Positions 1 through 11,700 of a DNA stretch of 64,000 bases are shown here, one piece after another. A program made the position numbers and the translations under genes. Origin of the DNA: Ylistrum balloti (lineage: Eukaryota); NCBI RefSeq assembly GCF_031769215.1, contig NW_026782224.1, positions 1,736,001 to 1,800,000 on the forward strand, read 5' to 3'. Each line of letters starts with the position of its first letter. Positions within the stretch are counted from its first letter, which is position 1. The notes beneath the pieces are model-generated. The model searched no databases. It was not told the DNA's origin and saw only the letters and a program-made list of their open reading frames with translations.

Positions 1-157
1 GATTGGGACGATATCAATATCATCGCCCCTCAGAATCTCCCTCGTTAACTACTCACGCTACTCAATTGGTCTATCAATGCCAGTTATTACTAATAACACT
101 CCAAATCAATAGGATTAAAGCTGGTATGATATCTGCCATTGTCATCACTTGATATTA

Positions 158-1370
158 CGAGGGCTGATTGATCGGTTGTGAGCATTATATTGAAGAAATT
201 AAGCTGTGATGTCCTTTTCCACCTCTACTATTCCCTGACTATCTAAGGTTGTGTATCCGAACTGGTGATCAGTTGGTCTTGGTCAGGTTATATCGAAAAA
301 GTAGGACTCTAAAGTAACCAAAGCAAGTGACTTTTGTAAAATGGCCAAAATCGCTGAGAGAGCAGAGACTCAATATTTGCATCGGAAAGGTTTAGCACCT
401 AAGGATATCCATCCTGATATGGTAGTAACACTAGGGAATGACGCCCCTTCATATGCTATAGTGAAAATCGTGAGTGGTTGAATTTAAGCGTGCAGGCAGA
501 GCCTTGGGGATGACGCCCGTTCTGGAAGGCTTGTCACTGTTGCAACCCCAAAAATGCTTAATAAAGACCATGGTATCATTATGGTTGACAGGCGAGTGAC
601 AGAAAGATATATAGCCAGTACATTTGGGATTTCACAGGAAAGATTACATTCCATTCTTACGAAAGATCTTGCAATGAGAATGCCCTCAGCCCATTGGGTA
701 CAGTTGGTCAGAAGCACAACAAACGGACTTTGTCGCGTGCTAATCTGAACCCTTTAGGGGCAGATTATACTAACTTTCCACAGAGGTTTGTGACTATGGA
801 TTTCACCACAGAGGCCAAACAACAATCTAAATAATGGAAGCACCCTGGTTCACCCCTGCCAAATAAGGCAAAGATTTTTCCATTAGCTGGAAAAGTTATA
901 GCCTCGGTTTCTCTGGGATGATGATGGTATTCTGATGGTAGATTATTTGCAAAATGGACAAAAAAATAGTATACATCATTTCTTAGGCAGTTAAGTGCAA
1001 ATATTGAACTGAAATGCCGCGGAAAACTTGGACAATGCCCCTATCCACAGGTCTGTCATTGCCATGGCTGTCATTAACAATTATGGCTTTGAATTGATTG
1101 AGTATCTGCCTCTGTCAGACTTTCATCTAATTCCAAAATTGACAAAGGTCATTTCCGGTACCCACTTTCGGTCAGAATATGACTTCATACATGCAGTGGA
1201 GGACTTTCTGAACGGTCAATAAGAGGACTTCTTTGAAAGTGGCAATGATGCCCATAAACATCACTGACAAAAGTGTATAGATACTGAAGAGGATTATGTT
1301 GAAAAATAATGCAATATGTTCACAAACATCCAAATTCTTAAATATGTGTGACCTTATCAATCAGCACTGG
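158..1370 (+). mobile_element. Decayed Tc1/mariner (mariner DD34D-type) DNA transposon, ~1.2 kb
   Basis: Left end TA|CGAGGGCTGATTGAT (156-172); right end ATCAATCAGCACTGG (1356-1370), a 13/15 inverted match. Disrupted transposase from ATG 341 to TAA 1309: ...DDARSGR...ERYIASTFGISQERLHSILTKDLAMRMPSAHWV (HTH/WVP region), RFVTMD, AGKVIASV.WDDDGILMVDYL, DNAPIH, PLSDFHL, DYVEK*. These match the mariner motifs WVPHEL, TGDETW, KVM..VFWD, HDNARPH and YSPDLAPSDFHLF. Confidence 0.9.
341..1309 (+). pseudogene. Mariner transposase pseudogene (frameshifts, in-frame stops, small deletions)
   Basis: ORF-track pieces 554-748 and 1028-1222 are fragments. Stop in QQSK*WKHPG; the segments after TMD and around YSPDL are deleted. 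Confidence 0.85.
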
Positions 1371-1399
1371 TCTATTACATAAACCTTTGTATGTATCAT

Positions 1400-1915
1400 C
1401 CGTATCAGCTCTCTAACGACTTCAATCCTTAAAGAATTTTGAGCAATCTGCACATTATTGTAACAGACCTCTAGGGTCAAGGTCACCATTATCATTTTTA
1501 TAAAATCCTTGTTGACGCTTTCACGACTAAATTTCTCATGGGATTTTGATAAAAAATTTCACACTTATAATGGGCCATAAAATCAGAAACACTCGCAGTT
1601 TCATAGTTCAAAGTCAATGATACTATTTTTTTAAATGATCCGTGTTAGCTCTCTTGTGACTCTATTCCTGGAGAGATTTTGATCAAACTTAACATTCATA
1701 TAAAGGACCAAAATAAAATAAATAAGGTTGAGCTATCATTACTGCTATTTTCTATAAAATCTTTGTCTAGTGACTTTGTTACTGGGAGGATTTCAATCAA
1801 ACTTCACATTCCTATGAAAAACATAACGTTATGGACAAGTTACAGGGTTGTAGGGTCAAGGACACCGTTGCTATTTTAAGAAAATCCTTGTCAAATCCTT
1901 TCAAAAAATTAGACA
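1400..1915. repeat. Degenerate interspersed repeat fragment (bivalve-type non-autonomous element) with ~150-190 bp internal repeats
   Basis: Recurring motifs (t)agggtcaagg...cacc (1472, 1851), ggtcaa/gttcaaagtcaa and aaatccttgt (1503, 1883), and ...tttcaatcaaacttcacat. Resemblance judged by eye only. Confidence 0.35.
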
Positions 1916-2169
1916 AAACTGCAAAAAATTGGGCATCTTCTTTGTTACCCTTAAGTCAATGTGGTACTGTATGGGATGTGTTGTTTGCGACGCTGTGTTT
2001 AGTTTTGTTCTACACTGAAAAAGTCCAAAATAATTGTCAGACGTTTATATCTGTGGGATTCCTTCAGTGCTTGTTTTTCTGAACTTTTGATTGAACTATA
2101 GTGACATAAACTATAACCTTGATTCTAAATCCCTCATTCAGTTCTCATCCTGCTGCTGACACACTGATA

Positions 2170-2500
2170 CAAGTGTCAAGGCACCGAATGTTGATGTCGG
2201 ACAGTCACCATGTCAACTGACAGTGTCAAGGCACCGAATGTTGATGACGGACAGTCACCATGTCAACTGACAGTGTCAAGGCAAGAAAAAGATGATATGA
2301 TAGAGAAACCCATAAATCAACAGACAGTCACCATGTCAACTGACAGTGTCAAGGCACCGAATGTTGATGACAGACAGTCACCATGTCAACTGACAGTGTC
2401 AAGGCAGGTAAAGTTAATGAGTGACGGACAGTCACCATGTCAACTGACAGTGTCAAGGCAAGAAAAAGATGATATGATAGAGAAACCCATAAATCAACAG
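2170..2500. repeat. Complex tandem repeat built on GACAGTCACCATGTCAACTGACAGTGTCAAGGCA
   Basis: Core recurs about 5 times, joined by alternating linker blocks (ccgaatgttgatga / agaaaaagatgatatgatagagaaacccataaatcaaca). Confidence 0.85.
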
Positions 2501-2527
2501 TAGCCACAGGATAGTTAATGAGGGAAA

Positions 2528-3200
2528 GATCAAGGGCAGGTAAAGTTAATGAGGGACAGACGCCATGTAAATTCACAGATCAAGGGCAGGTAAAGTTAAT
2601 GAGTGAAAGACTCCATGTAAATTCACAGATCAAGGGCAGGTAAAGTTAATGAGGGACAGACGCCATGTAAATTCACAGATCAAGGGCAGGTAAAGTTAAT
2701 GAGGGACAGACGCCATGTAAATTCACAGATCAAGGGCAGGTAAAGTTAATGAGGGACAGACGCCATGTAAATTCACCGATCAAGGGCAGGTAAAGTTAAT
2801 GAGTGAAAGACGCCATGTAAATTCACAGATCAAGGGCAGGTAAAGTTAATGAGGGACAGACGCCATGTAAATTCACAGATCAAGGGCAGGTAAAGTTAAT
2901 GAGGGATAGAAACCATGAAAATTCACAGGTCAAGGGCAGGTAAAGCTGATGAGGGAAAGACGCCATGTAAATTCACCGATCAAGGGCAGGTAATGATAAT
3001 GAGGGAAAGACGCCATGTAAATTCACCGATCAAGGGCAGGTAATGATAATGAGGGAAAGACGCCATATTAATTCACAGATCAAGGGCAGGTAAAGTTGAT
3101 GAGGGACAGACGCCATGTAAATTCACAGATCAAGGGCAGGTAAAGTTAATGAGTGAAAGACGCCATGTAAATTCACCGATCAAGGGCAGAAAAAGCTGAT
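2528..3200. repeat. 50-bp minisatellite, ~13 copies (GATCAAGGGCAGGTAAAGTTAATGAGGGACAGACGCCATGTAAATTCACA)
   Basis: Period 50 read directly (2528, 2578, ...). A solitary partial copy lies at ~3390-3420. Confidence 0.95.
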
Positions 3201-3959
3201 GAAGGACAAATGCCACATCAACTCACTGGGTCATGACAATGGAAACTGACGAATGGAAAGAATTCACATAAACTCTCTTAATCAGCATCAGGAAAGATGT
3301 TTATATATCAGGCCAACTCAACAAGTTTCAACCAGAAATGTTAATGAGGGAGAGAAATGATGTAAACTGACTGTGTCTTGTCCAGGAAAAGTTGATGAGG
3401 GACAGACGCCATGTAAACCCATTGAAGTGATAATTTTATTATTTTTCATTTTCATTATCAGGTTGAGTATAAATATAATCATAAATGCCATCCATCGTTT
3501 TTTCATGACCTGTTTGAAAATAAATACACATTAACAATATTTCAGTCCAATGTCAGAACTTCAGCAAAATTTTCAATAAGCTAAAACTAATAAATATTAC
3601 ATATTGAACATGACAAAATACTGGTTCATGATAAATGATTTGTTATCCTGATCCCTGTAATTATATATACACAAAAGCTCACCTACTAGGATACAGCTAC
3701 TGATGTCCTATATATCCTACTATGTACAAGTGGCTTCTATAGCACTGAATTGATGTCTGATATGACACTGCCTTGCACTGATTTTCTGACATAGCACTCA
3801 AAAAAGAAAACAAAGTTTAAACTCCTGTGTGGAACAATGTTCTGACATATTGGTCTGTAGACTGATGTTCAGACACACTGCTCTGTGTAACAATGTTCAG
3901 TCATACTGTTCTTTACATCATTGTTTAAACTACTAAAATATTACTTTGACTATACATCA

Positions 3960-5736
3960 GTGATTGTGTTGTAGAGTAGTCTGTATGGTGACTTCCTGTA
4001 CACTGTATGGTTCAGTGGTTGTGTTGTAGAGCAGTCTGTATTGTGACTTCCTGTACACTGTATGGTTCAGTGGTTGTGTTGTAGAGCAGTCTGTATGGTG
4101 ACTTCCTGTACACTGTATGGTTCAGTGGTTGTGTTGTAGAGTAGTCTGTATGGTGACTTCCAGTACACTGTATGGTTCAGTGGTTGTGTTGTAGAGCAGT
4201 CTGTATGGTGACTTCCTGTAGACTGTATGGTTCAGTGATTGTGTTGTAGAACGGTCTGTATGGTGACTTCCTGTTGACTGTATGGTTCACTGGTCATGTT
4301 GTAGAGCAGTCTGTGTATGGTGACTTCCTGTACACTGTATGGTTCAGTGGTTTTTTTTAGAGCAGTCTGTATGGTGACTTCCTGTACACTGTATGGTTCA
4401 GTGGTTGTGTTGTAGACCAGTCTGTATGGTGACTTCCTGTACACTGTATGGTTCAGTGGTTGTGTTGTAGACCAGTCTGTATGGTGACTTCCTGTACACT
4501 GTATGGTTCAGTGGTTGTGCTGTAGAGCAGTCTGTATGGTGACTTCCTGTAGACTGGGTGACTTCCTGTAGACTGTATGGTTCAGTGGTCGTGTTGTAGA
4601 GCAGTCTGTATTGTGACTTCCTGTACACTGTATGGTTCAGTGGTTGTGTTGTAGAGCAGTCTGTATGGTGACTTCCTGTACACTGTATGGTTCAGTGGTT
4701 GTTTTTTTAGAGCAGTCTGTATGGTGACTTCCTGTACACTGTATGGTTCAGTGGTTGTGTTGTAGACCAGTCTGTATGGTGACTTCCTGTACACTGTATG
4801 GTTCAGTGGTTGTGTTGTAGACCAGTCTGTATGGTGACTTCCTGTACACTGTATGGTTCAGTGGTTGTGTTGTAGAGCAGTCTGTATGGTGACTTCCTGT
4901 AGACTGGGTGACTTCCTGTAGACTGTATGGTTCAGTGGTCGTATTGTAGAGCAGTCTGTATTGTGACTTCCTGTAGACTGTATGGTTCAGTGGTTGTGTT
5001 GTAGAGCAGTCTGTATGGTGACTTCCTGTACACTGTATGGTTCAGTGGTTGTGTTGTAGACCAGTCTGTATGGTGACTTCCTGTACACTGTATGGTTCAG
5101 TGGTTGTGTTGTAGAGCAGTGTGTATTGTGACTTCCTGTACACTGTATGGTACAGTGGTTGTGTTGTAGAGCAGTGTGTATTGTGACTTCCTGTACACTG
5201 TATGGTTCAGTGGTTGTGTTGTAGAGCAGTGTGTATTGTGACTTCCTGTACACTGTATGGTTCAGTGGTTGTATTGTAGAGCAGTGTGTATTGTGACTTC
5301 CTGTACACTGTATGGTTCAGTGGTTGTGTTGTAGAGCAGTCTGTATTGTGACTTCCTGTACACTGTATGGTTCAGTGGTTGTGTTGTAGAGCAGTCTGTA
5401 TGGTGACTTCCTGTACACTGTATGGTTCAGTGGTTGTGTTGTAGAGCAGTCTGTATGGTGACTTCCTGTACCCTGTATGGTTCAGTGGTTGTGTTGTAGA
5501 GCAGTCTGTATTGTGACTTCCTGTAGACTGGGTGACTTCCTGTAGACTGTATGGTTCAGTGGTTGTGTTGTAGAGCAGTCTGTATGGTGACTTCCTGTAG
5601 ACTGGGTGACTTCCTGTAGACTGTATGGTTCAGTGGTTGTGTTGTAGAGCAGTCTGTATTGTGACTTCCTGTAGACTGTATGGTTCAGTGGTTGTGTTGT
5701 AGAGCAGTCTGTATTGTGACTTCCTGTAGACATGGT
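3960..5736 (-). repeat. 55-bp minisatellite, ~32 copies, made of the last 52 nt of the FAM114A CDS including the stop codon
   Basis: Minus-strand unit ACCAT(ACA)GTCTACAGGAAGTCACAATACAGACTGCTCTACAACACAACCACTGA equals ...P C L Q E V T I Q T A L Q H N H * plus a 3-nt insert. Period 55 (4021 vs 4076). Confidence 0.95.
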
Positions 5737-8700
5737 AGTAGTAATTGGAAGGCGTCCTGTATGTAAGTACTACTATTTCCTGCCTGTAACAGAAAGTTGA
5801 TTTATTTATGTTTAGTTATACATGTACTGTATTGTTTTCTTATACATATATTTTGTGATCACCATTTATCAATAAATTTGATTAAAAGAATGAAGATGTG
5901 GATGCACCTAAATATGCAGGCAAATCTGAATACACTGAAACAGAATGGAACTTTACTTCTAGGTTAACATAAGTGACTTAAGTAAAATAACACATATAGT
6001 ATTCAGAATGGACATTTACTTCCAGGAAAACATACAGATATACAGAATGGAAATTTACTTCCAGGAAAACATACAGATATACAGAATGGAAATTTACTTC
6101 CTGGAAAACATGAAGATATACAGAATGGACATTTACTTCCAGGAAAACATACAGATATACAGAATGGACATTTACTTCCAGGAAAACATGAAGATATACA
6201 GAATGGACATTTACTTCCAGGAAAACATGAAGATATACAGAATGGAAATTTACTTCCAGGAAAACATGAAGATATACAGAATGGAAATTTACTTCCTGGA
6301 AAACATGAAGATATACAGAATGGAACCTTACCTCCAGGTAGATATTGGTGACCAAAGTGTTGATATCACTGCTATCCTTGTCCCCCTCCCCCTGTTAAAC
6401 CAAAAACTTGACTTTAACTAGTAACAGTGTAATGTAACTTTAGACCAAACAATACTGTACAAAAAAACATTTGTAAAATGAAATACTTCAAATTTAAACT
6501 CAAAATTTGAAAAAGTAAAACATTGCTGAAATGTATCTGTAAAGTAAATTGATTGTAAATGATGAAATTGTGGCTAATCAAATGTTCAGAACGTCGGAGG
6601 TTTTTAACAAAGGTTTCACTCCTTTCTGTTACAAGGCTTTTTAGAAATTTTGACAAGGATACTCACAGCCATTGTGTTGAGGATGGATGTAAATCTCACA
6701 GATAAAATTCCCACTTCTGTACACAGGACATTTGTTAGACTGTAAATAATGTAAGTCTACATACAATTCCTGCTAAATAGTATCTACATGTATATATATT
6801 TTATTCTGCCATTGTCAGAATATACCTGCTACATATACTTTTGCTGTATTCGGCTGTGACCTAATCTGACAGAATCACTTTCAGAATATACTTTAATATT
6901 ACATTTAGAAATATAAATAGTTGTTGAAATGAGCAATTTTACATATTGTGAATAACAAGTTGATTTATGAAAATGCATAAAATTGCTAGTACATTGGCTG
7001 AAGTATGGATTTATATTTCTGCATGGAGCAATTCTTTTGTCGTCTGTCATGCTCAGCGTAACGTCAACATCAGGTAAACAGAGATAGAACAACAAAACTG
7101 TTTCACTTTCAATCAACGTTGCAGGATAAATAGAATACATGGTCAGTGCCTTAAAATATCAGCTGTATTTTGGCTCAGGACAGAAAGACAAAAGCGGCTC
7201 ACCACTTAGTTGTTCTTCACCCTTGCCAACATGCAGCTTATATCTTAAGACACTGACCATGTATTCCCTATATATTTGTTTTTGTTTCTGAGATTTTCTT
7301 CACAACATGGTAAGACTGTGAGTGAGGATTTGTTCATCATAATTGGAAACAGGAAAGTTTGAGGATGATTTACAAGGTTTGGTGACAGTGAGAATAGTAT
7401 CATAGAAATGGAGCTGAGAGTTAAACCAGGATGTTTTACAAACAAACTGACAAGGCAAACACTTACAGCCAGTTCCATTGACCACAAAAAGTTGTTGAGG
7501 AGATTACTCACTTAGAAAGACTGGTGGCACGCTCCAGACACTGTTTATCTGAGTGTTGTTGTAGCAGGATTAGCTCCCCTGCTTTATGGAACTGTTCCAC
7601 TGACTTTGATGTCAGTTCTGCAAGTGACTGTATAGCCACCTGGTGAACAGCCTACAACAAAAGACAGACAACTCTTTAAAGTCAAACTCAACACAAAGAT
7701 ACAACTCTTTTGTAAAAATTACTGATTGTGTGAAGAAATAATTAAAATAGAAATAAAATCTATACTACAGAACTTCAATGTTTCATCAGAAACTGGAAAA
7801 AACTGACAAACTTTTTTTCCCCTAATCCTGTCATGATTTACTGATATATGAATACATGAATAATGATTCCTCATCCGAAGTTTGATTTCCAATCAAATAT
7901 AATGAGACAATTAATAAAGCTTTTTTTGCAGTACTTCGGTTTACACTACAAGTGACCACATCATCACAAATAGAAAATCCCGCAATAAAGCACCTTGGGC
8001 TTGGCCCGCTCTCCTTCCTCTTCCTCCTTCTTTGTACACAACTCACTGATACTTTGGCGGATTTTTTCATGGCTCTGAAACAGAGAAAATATCCCATCAA
8101 TTAGTTTCAAGGTTTGGCTACACTTACAGAGATGAGGTGACACACCCAAAGTCATCCAGCTGTACTGTTAGTATCAGCTGAGAGAACACAAATATTTCTT
8201 AAAACAATCAATACACTTGTACCTATTTCTTTAAGCGCTGAAAGCACCGACAGATGACTGACACAGTATCAAACTTAAAACTGATGATGAGGATTGGAAG
8301 CTTTCAAGTACTTAGTCAACCACGATAATTATTTGCAGGTGTGCTTCAAGTGTCAAAAGTAAACATTTAATGAGGGCGACATCTGACAAAATGTACAGGA
8401 ATCAATCCACATTGTTTGTTTATATATTTGTGGTTATCTGTGGAAAGAGCTTTCTCCTAGCCAGTTCATACAGCCATATGTGTATACAAAATAAATACCA
8501 ACTGTACTTCTACTCAGTCTGCTGTGTGTTTAACTTATACCGTACATCAAGTTCTCTGGGTACCCAATTACCAAGGAAACCAAGGACTAACTGGATCTGT
8601 CACCAAGGAATTAATAAGTGTACCTTCCAAATTTGCCAAGATTGAGTACTTGAGATAATGAGCAGAGTGGTAGAAGATCTAAACAAGATTGTTTGATCAT

Positions 8701-11700
8701 TAATCTACAGGGGTGCATTATTCTTTTAAAAAGAGTCAAAACACAACATTGCTTGAGGCTAACACAACAAAGTAAAGATTTTTTTTTTTTTATTTAAAGA
8801 GGTTTGAAATGCAAAATTATGAAAAGGACAACAACACATGGTACTGGCATTTTACACAATGTAAAACAAATACATTGAAGGATTAGTGAATGCATATCCA
8901 CAGTTGTTTTTTCAAGAAGGGACATAACTCCCTTCAAAAGGGACAAAATTACAAAATCACTCCAGGTGGCACAACCCCATAGGGTACTAGTACATAACAA
9001 AAATGTACAAGAAAATACATCAGAAAATTAGCAAAAGCATAACCAGACAAAGATACATCTTGACCTTATAGGAAACCTTTAGAATTTAAGGTTTTTCTTT
9101 GTTAAATTCAGATATAAATGACTGCATAAATACAAATTATCTCTACATTAACATATAAATAGTTATTTGTTCATGATCCAATCAGAAACAGATTTTATTA
9201 ATCAAAACCAAATTGGATACACATATTATCAGCAACAAACCTAGTTTGCCAGGGTTAAGTACCCTGACCAAGTTTTAGTGGAGACAAACCTGACTTACCC
9301 TTTTTAGTTTTCCAGGATCAGTTCCTAAACCAAGGTTTAGTGGAGACAAACCTGACTTACCCTGTTTAGTTTTCAAGGATCAGTTCCTAAACTAAGGTTT
9401 AGTGGAGACAAACCTGACTTACCCTTTCCAGTTTTCCAGGATCAGTTCCTAGACCAAGGTTTAGTGGAGACAAACCTGACTTACCCTGTTTAGTTTTCCA
9501 GGATCAGTTCCTAAACCAAGGTTTAGTGGAGACAAACCTGACTTACCCTGTTTAGTTTTCCAGGATCAGTTCCTAGACCAAGGTTTAGTGGAGACAAACC
9601 TGACTTACCCTGTTTAGTTTTCCAGGATCAGTTCCTAGACCAAGGTTTAATGGAGACAAACCTGACTTACCCTTTCCAGTTTTCCAGGATCAGTTCCTAG
9701 ACCAAGGTTTAGTGGAGACAAACCTGACTTACCCTGTTTAGTTTTCCAGGATCAGTTCCTAGACCAAGGTTTAGTGGAGACAAACCTGACTTACCCTGTC
9801 TAGTTTTCCAGGATCAGTTCCTAGACCAAGGTTTAGTGGAGACAAACCTGACTTACCCTTTTTAGTTTTCCAGGATCAGTTCCTAGACCAAGGTTTAGTG
9901 GAGACAAACCTGACTTACCCTTTTTAGTTTTCCAGGATCAGTTCCTAGACCAAGGTTTAGTGGAGACACACCTGACTTACCCTGTTTAGTTTTCCAGGAT
10001 CAGTTCCTAGACCAAGGTTTAGTGGAGACAAACCTGACTTACACTGTTTAGTTTTCCAGGATCAGTTCCTAGACCAAGGTTTAGTGGAGACAAACCTGAC
10101 TTACCCTTTTTAGTTTTCCAGGATCAGTTCCTAGACCAAGGTTTAGTGGAGACAAACCTGACTTACCCTGTTTAGTTTTCCAGGATCAGTTCCTAGACCA
10201 AGGTCTAGTGGAGACAAACCTGACTTACCGTGTTTTAGTTTTCCAGGATCAGTTCCTAGACCAAGGTTTAATGGAGACAAACCTGACTTACCCTGTTTAG
10301 TTTTCCAGGAACAGTTCCTAGACCAAGGTTTAATGGAGACAAACCTGACTTACACTTTTTAGTTTTCCAGGATCAGTTCCTAGACCAAGGTTTAGTGGAG
10401 ACAAACCTGACTTACCCTGTTTAGTTTTCCAGGATCAGTTCCTAGACCAAGGTTTAATGGAGACAAACCTGACTTACCCTTTTTAGTTTTCCAGGATCAG
10501 TTCCTAGACCAAGGTTTAGTGGAGACAAACCTGACTTACCCTTTTTAGTTTTCCAGGATCAGTTCCTAGACCAAGGTTTAGTGGAGACACACCTGACTTA
10601 CCCTGTTTAGTTTTCCAGGATCAGTTCCTAGACCAAGGTTTAGTGGAGACAAACCTGACTTACACTGTTTAGTTTTCCAGGATCAGTTCCTAGACCAAGG
10701 TTTAGTGGAGACACACCTGACTTACCCTGTTTAGTTTTCCAGGATCAGTTTCTAGACCAAGGTTTAGTGGAGACAAACCTGACTTACCCTTTCCAGTTTT
10801 CCAGGATCAGTTCCTAGACCAAGGTTTAGTGGAGACACACCTGACTTACTCTTTTTAGTTTTCCAGGATCAGTTCCTAGACCAAGTTTTAGTGGAGACAC
10901 ACCTGACTTACCCTTTCCAGTTTTCCAGGATCAGTTCCTAGACCAAGGTTTAGTGGAGACAAACCTGACTTACCCTTTCCAGTTTTCCAGGATCAGTTCC
11001 TAGACCAAGGTTTAGTGGAGACACACCTGACTTACTCTTTTTAGTTTTCCAGGATCAGTTCCTAGACCAAGGTTTAGTGGAGACACACCTGACTTACCCT
11101 TTCCAGGTTTCCAGGATCAGTTCCTAGACCAAGGTTTAGTGGAGACACACCTGACTTACCCTTTCCAGTTTTCCAGGATCAGTTCCTAGACCAAGGTTTA
11201 GTGGAGACAAACCTGACTTACCCTTTTTAGTTTTCCAGGATCAGTTCCTAGACCAAGGTTTAGTGGAGACACACCTGACTTACCCTGTTTAGTTTTCCAG
11301 GATCAGTTCCTAGACCAAGGTTTAGTGGAGACAAACCTGACTTACCCTTTCCAGGATCAGTTCCTAGACCAAGGTTTAGTGGAGACACACCTGACTTACC
11401 CTGTTTAGTTTTCCAGGATCAGTTCCTAGACCAAGGTTTAGTGGAGACAAACCTGACTTACCCTTTCCAGTTTTCCAGGATCAGTTCCTAGACCAAGGTT
11501 TAGTGGAGACAAACCTGACTTACCCTTTCCAGTTTTCCAGGATCAGTTCCTAGACCAAGGTTTAGTGGAGACAAACCTGACTTACCCTGTTTAGTTTTCC
11601 AGGATCAGTTCCTAAACCAAGATTAGTGGAGACAAACCTGACTTACCCTGTTTAGTTTTCCAGGATCAGTTCCTAGACAAAGGTTTAGTGGAGACAAACC

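Noticed and set aside
2210-2576. Short ORFs and plus-strand CAG|GTAAAG donor-like motifs in the 2.2-3.2 kb repeats
   Set aside because: No recognisable protein and no supporting upstream exon, so not counted among the junction arrays.
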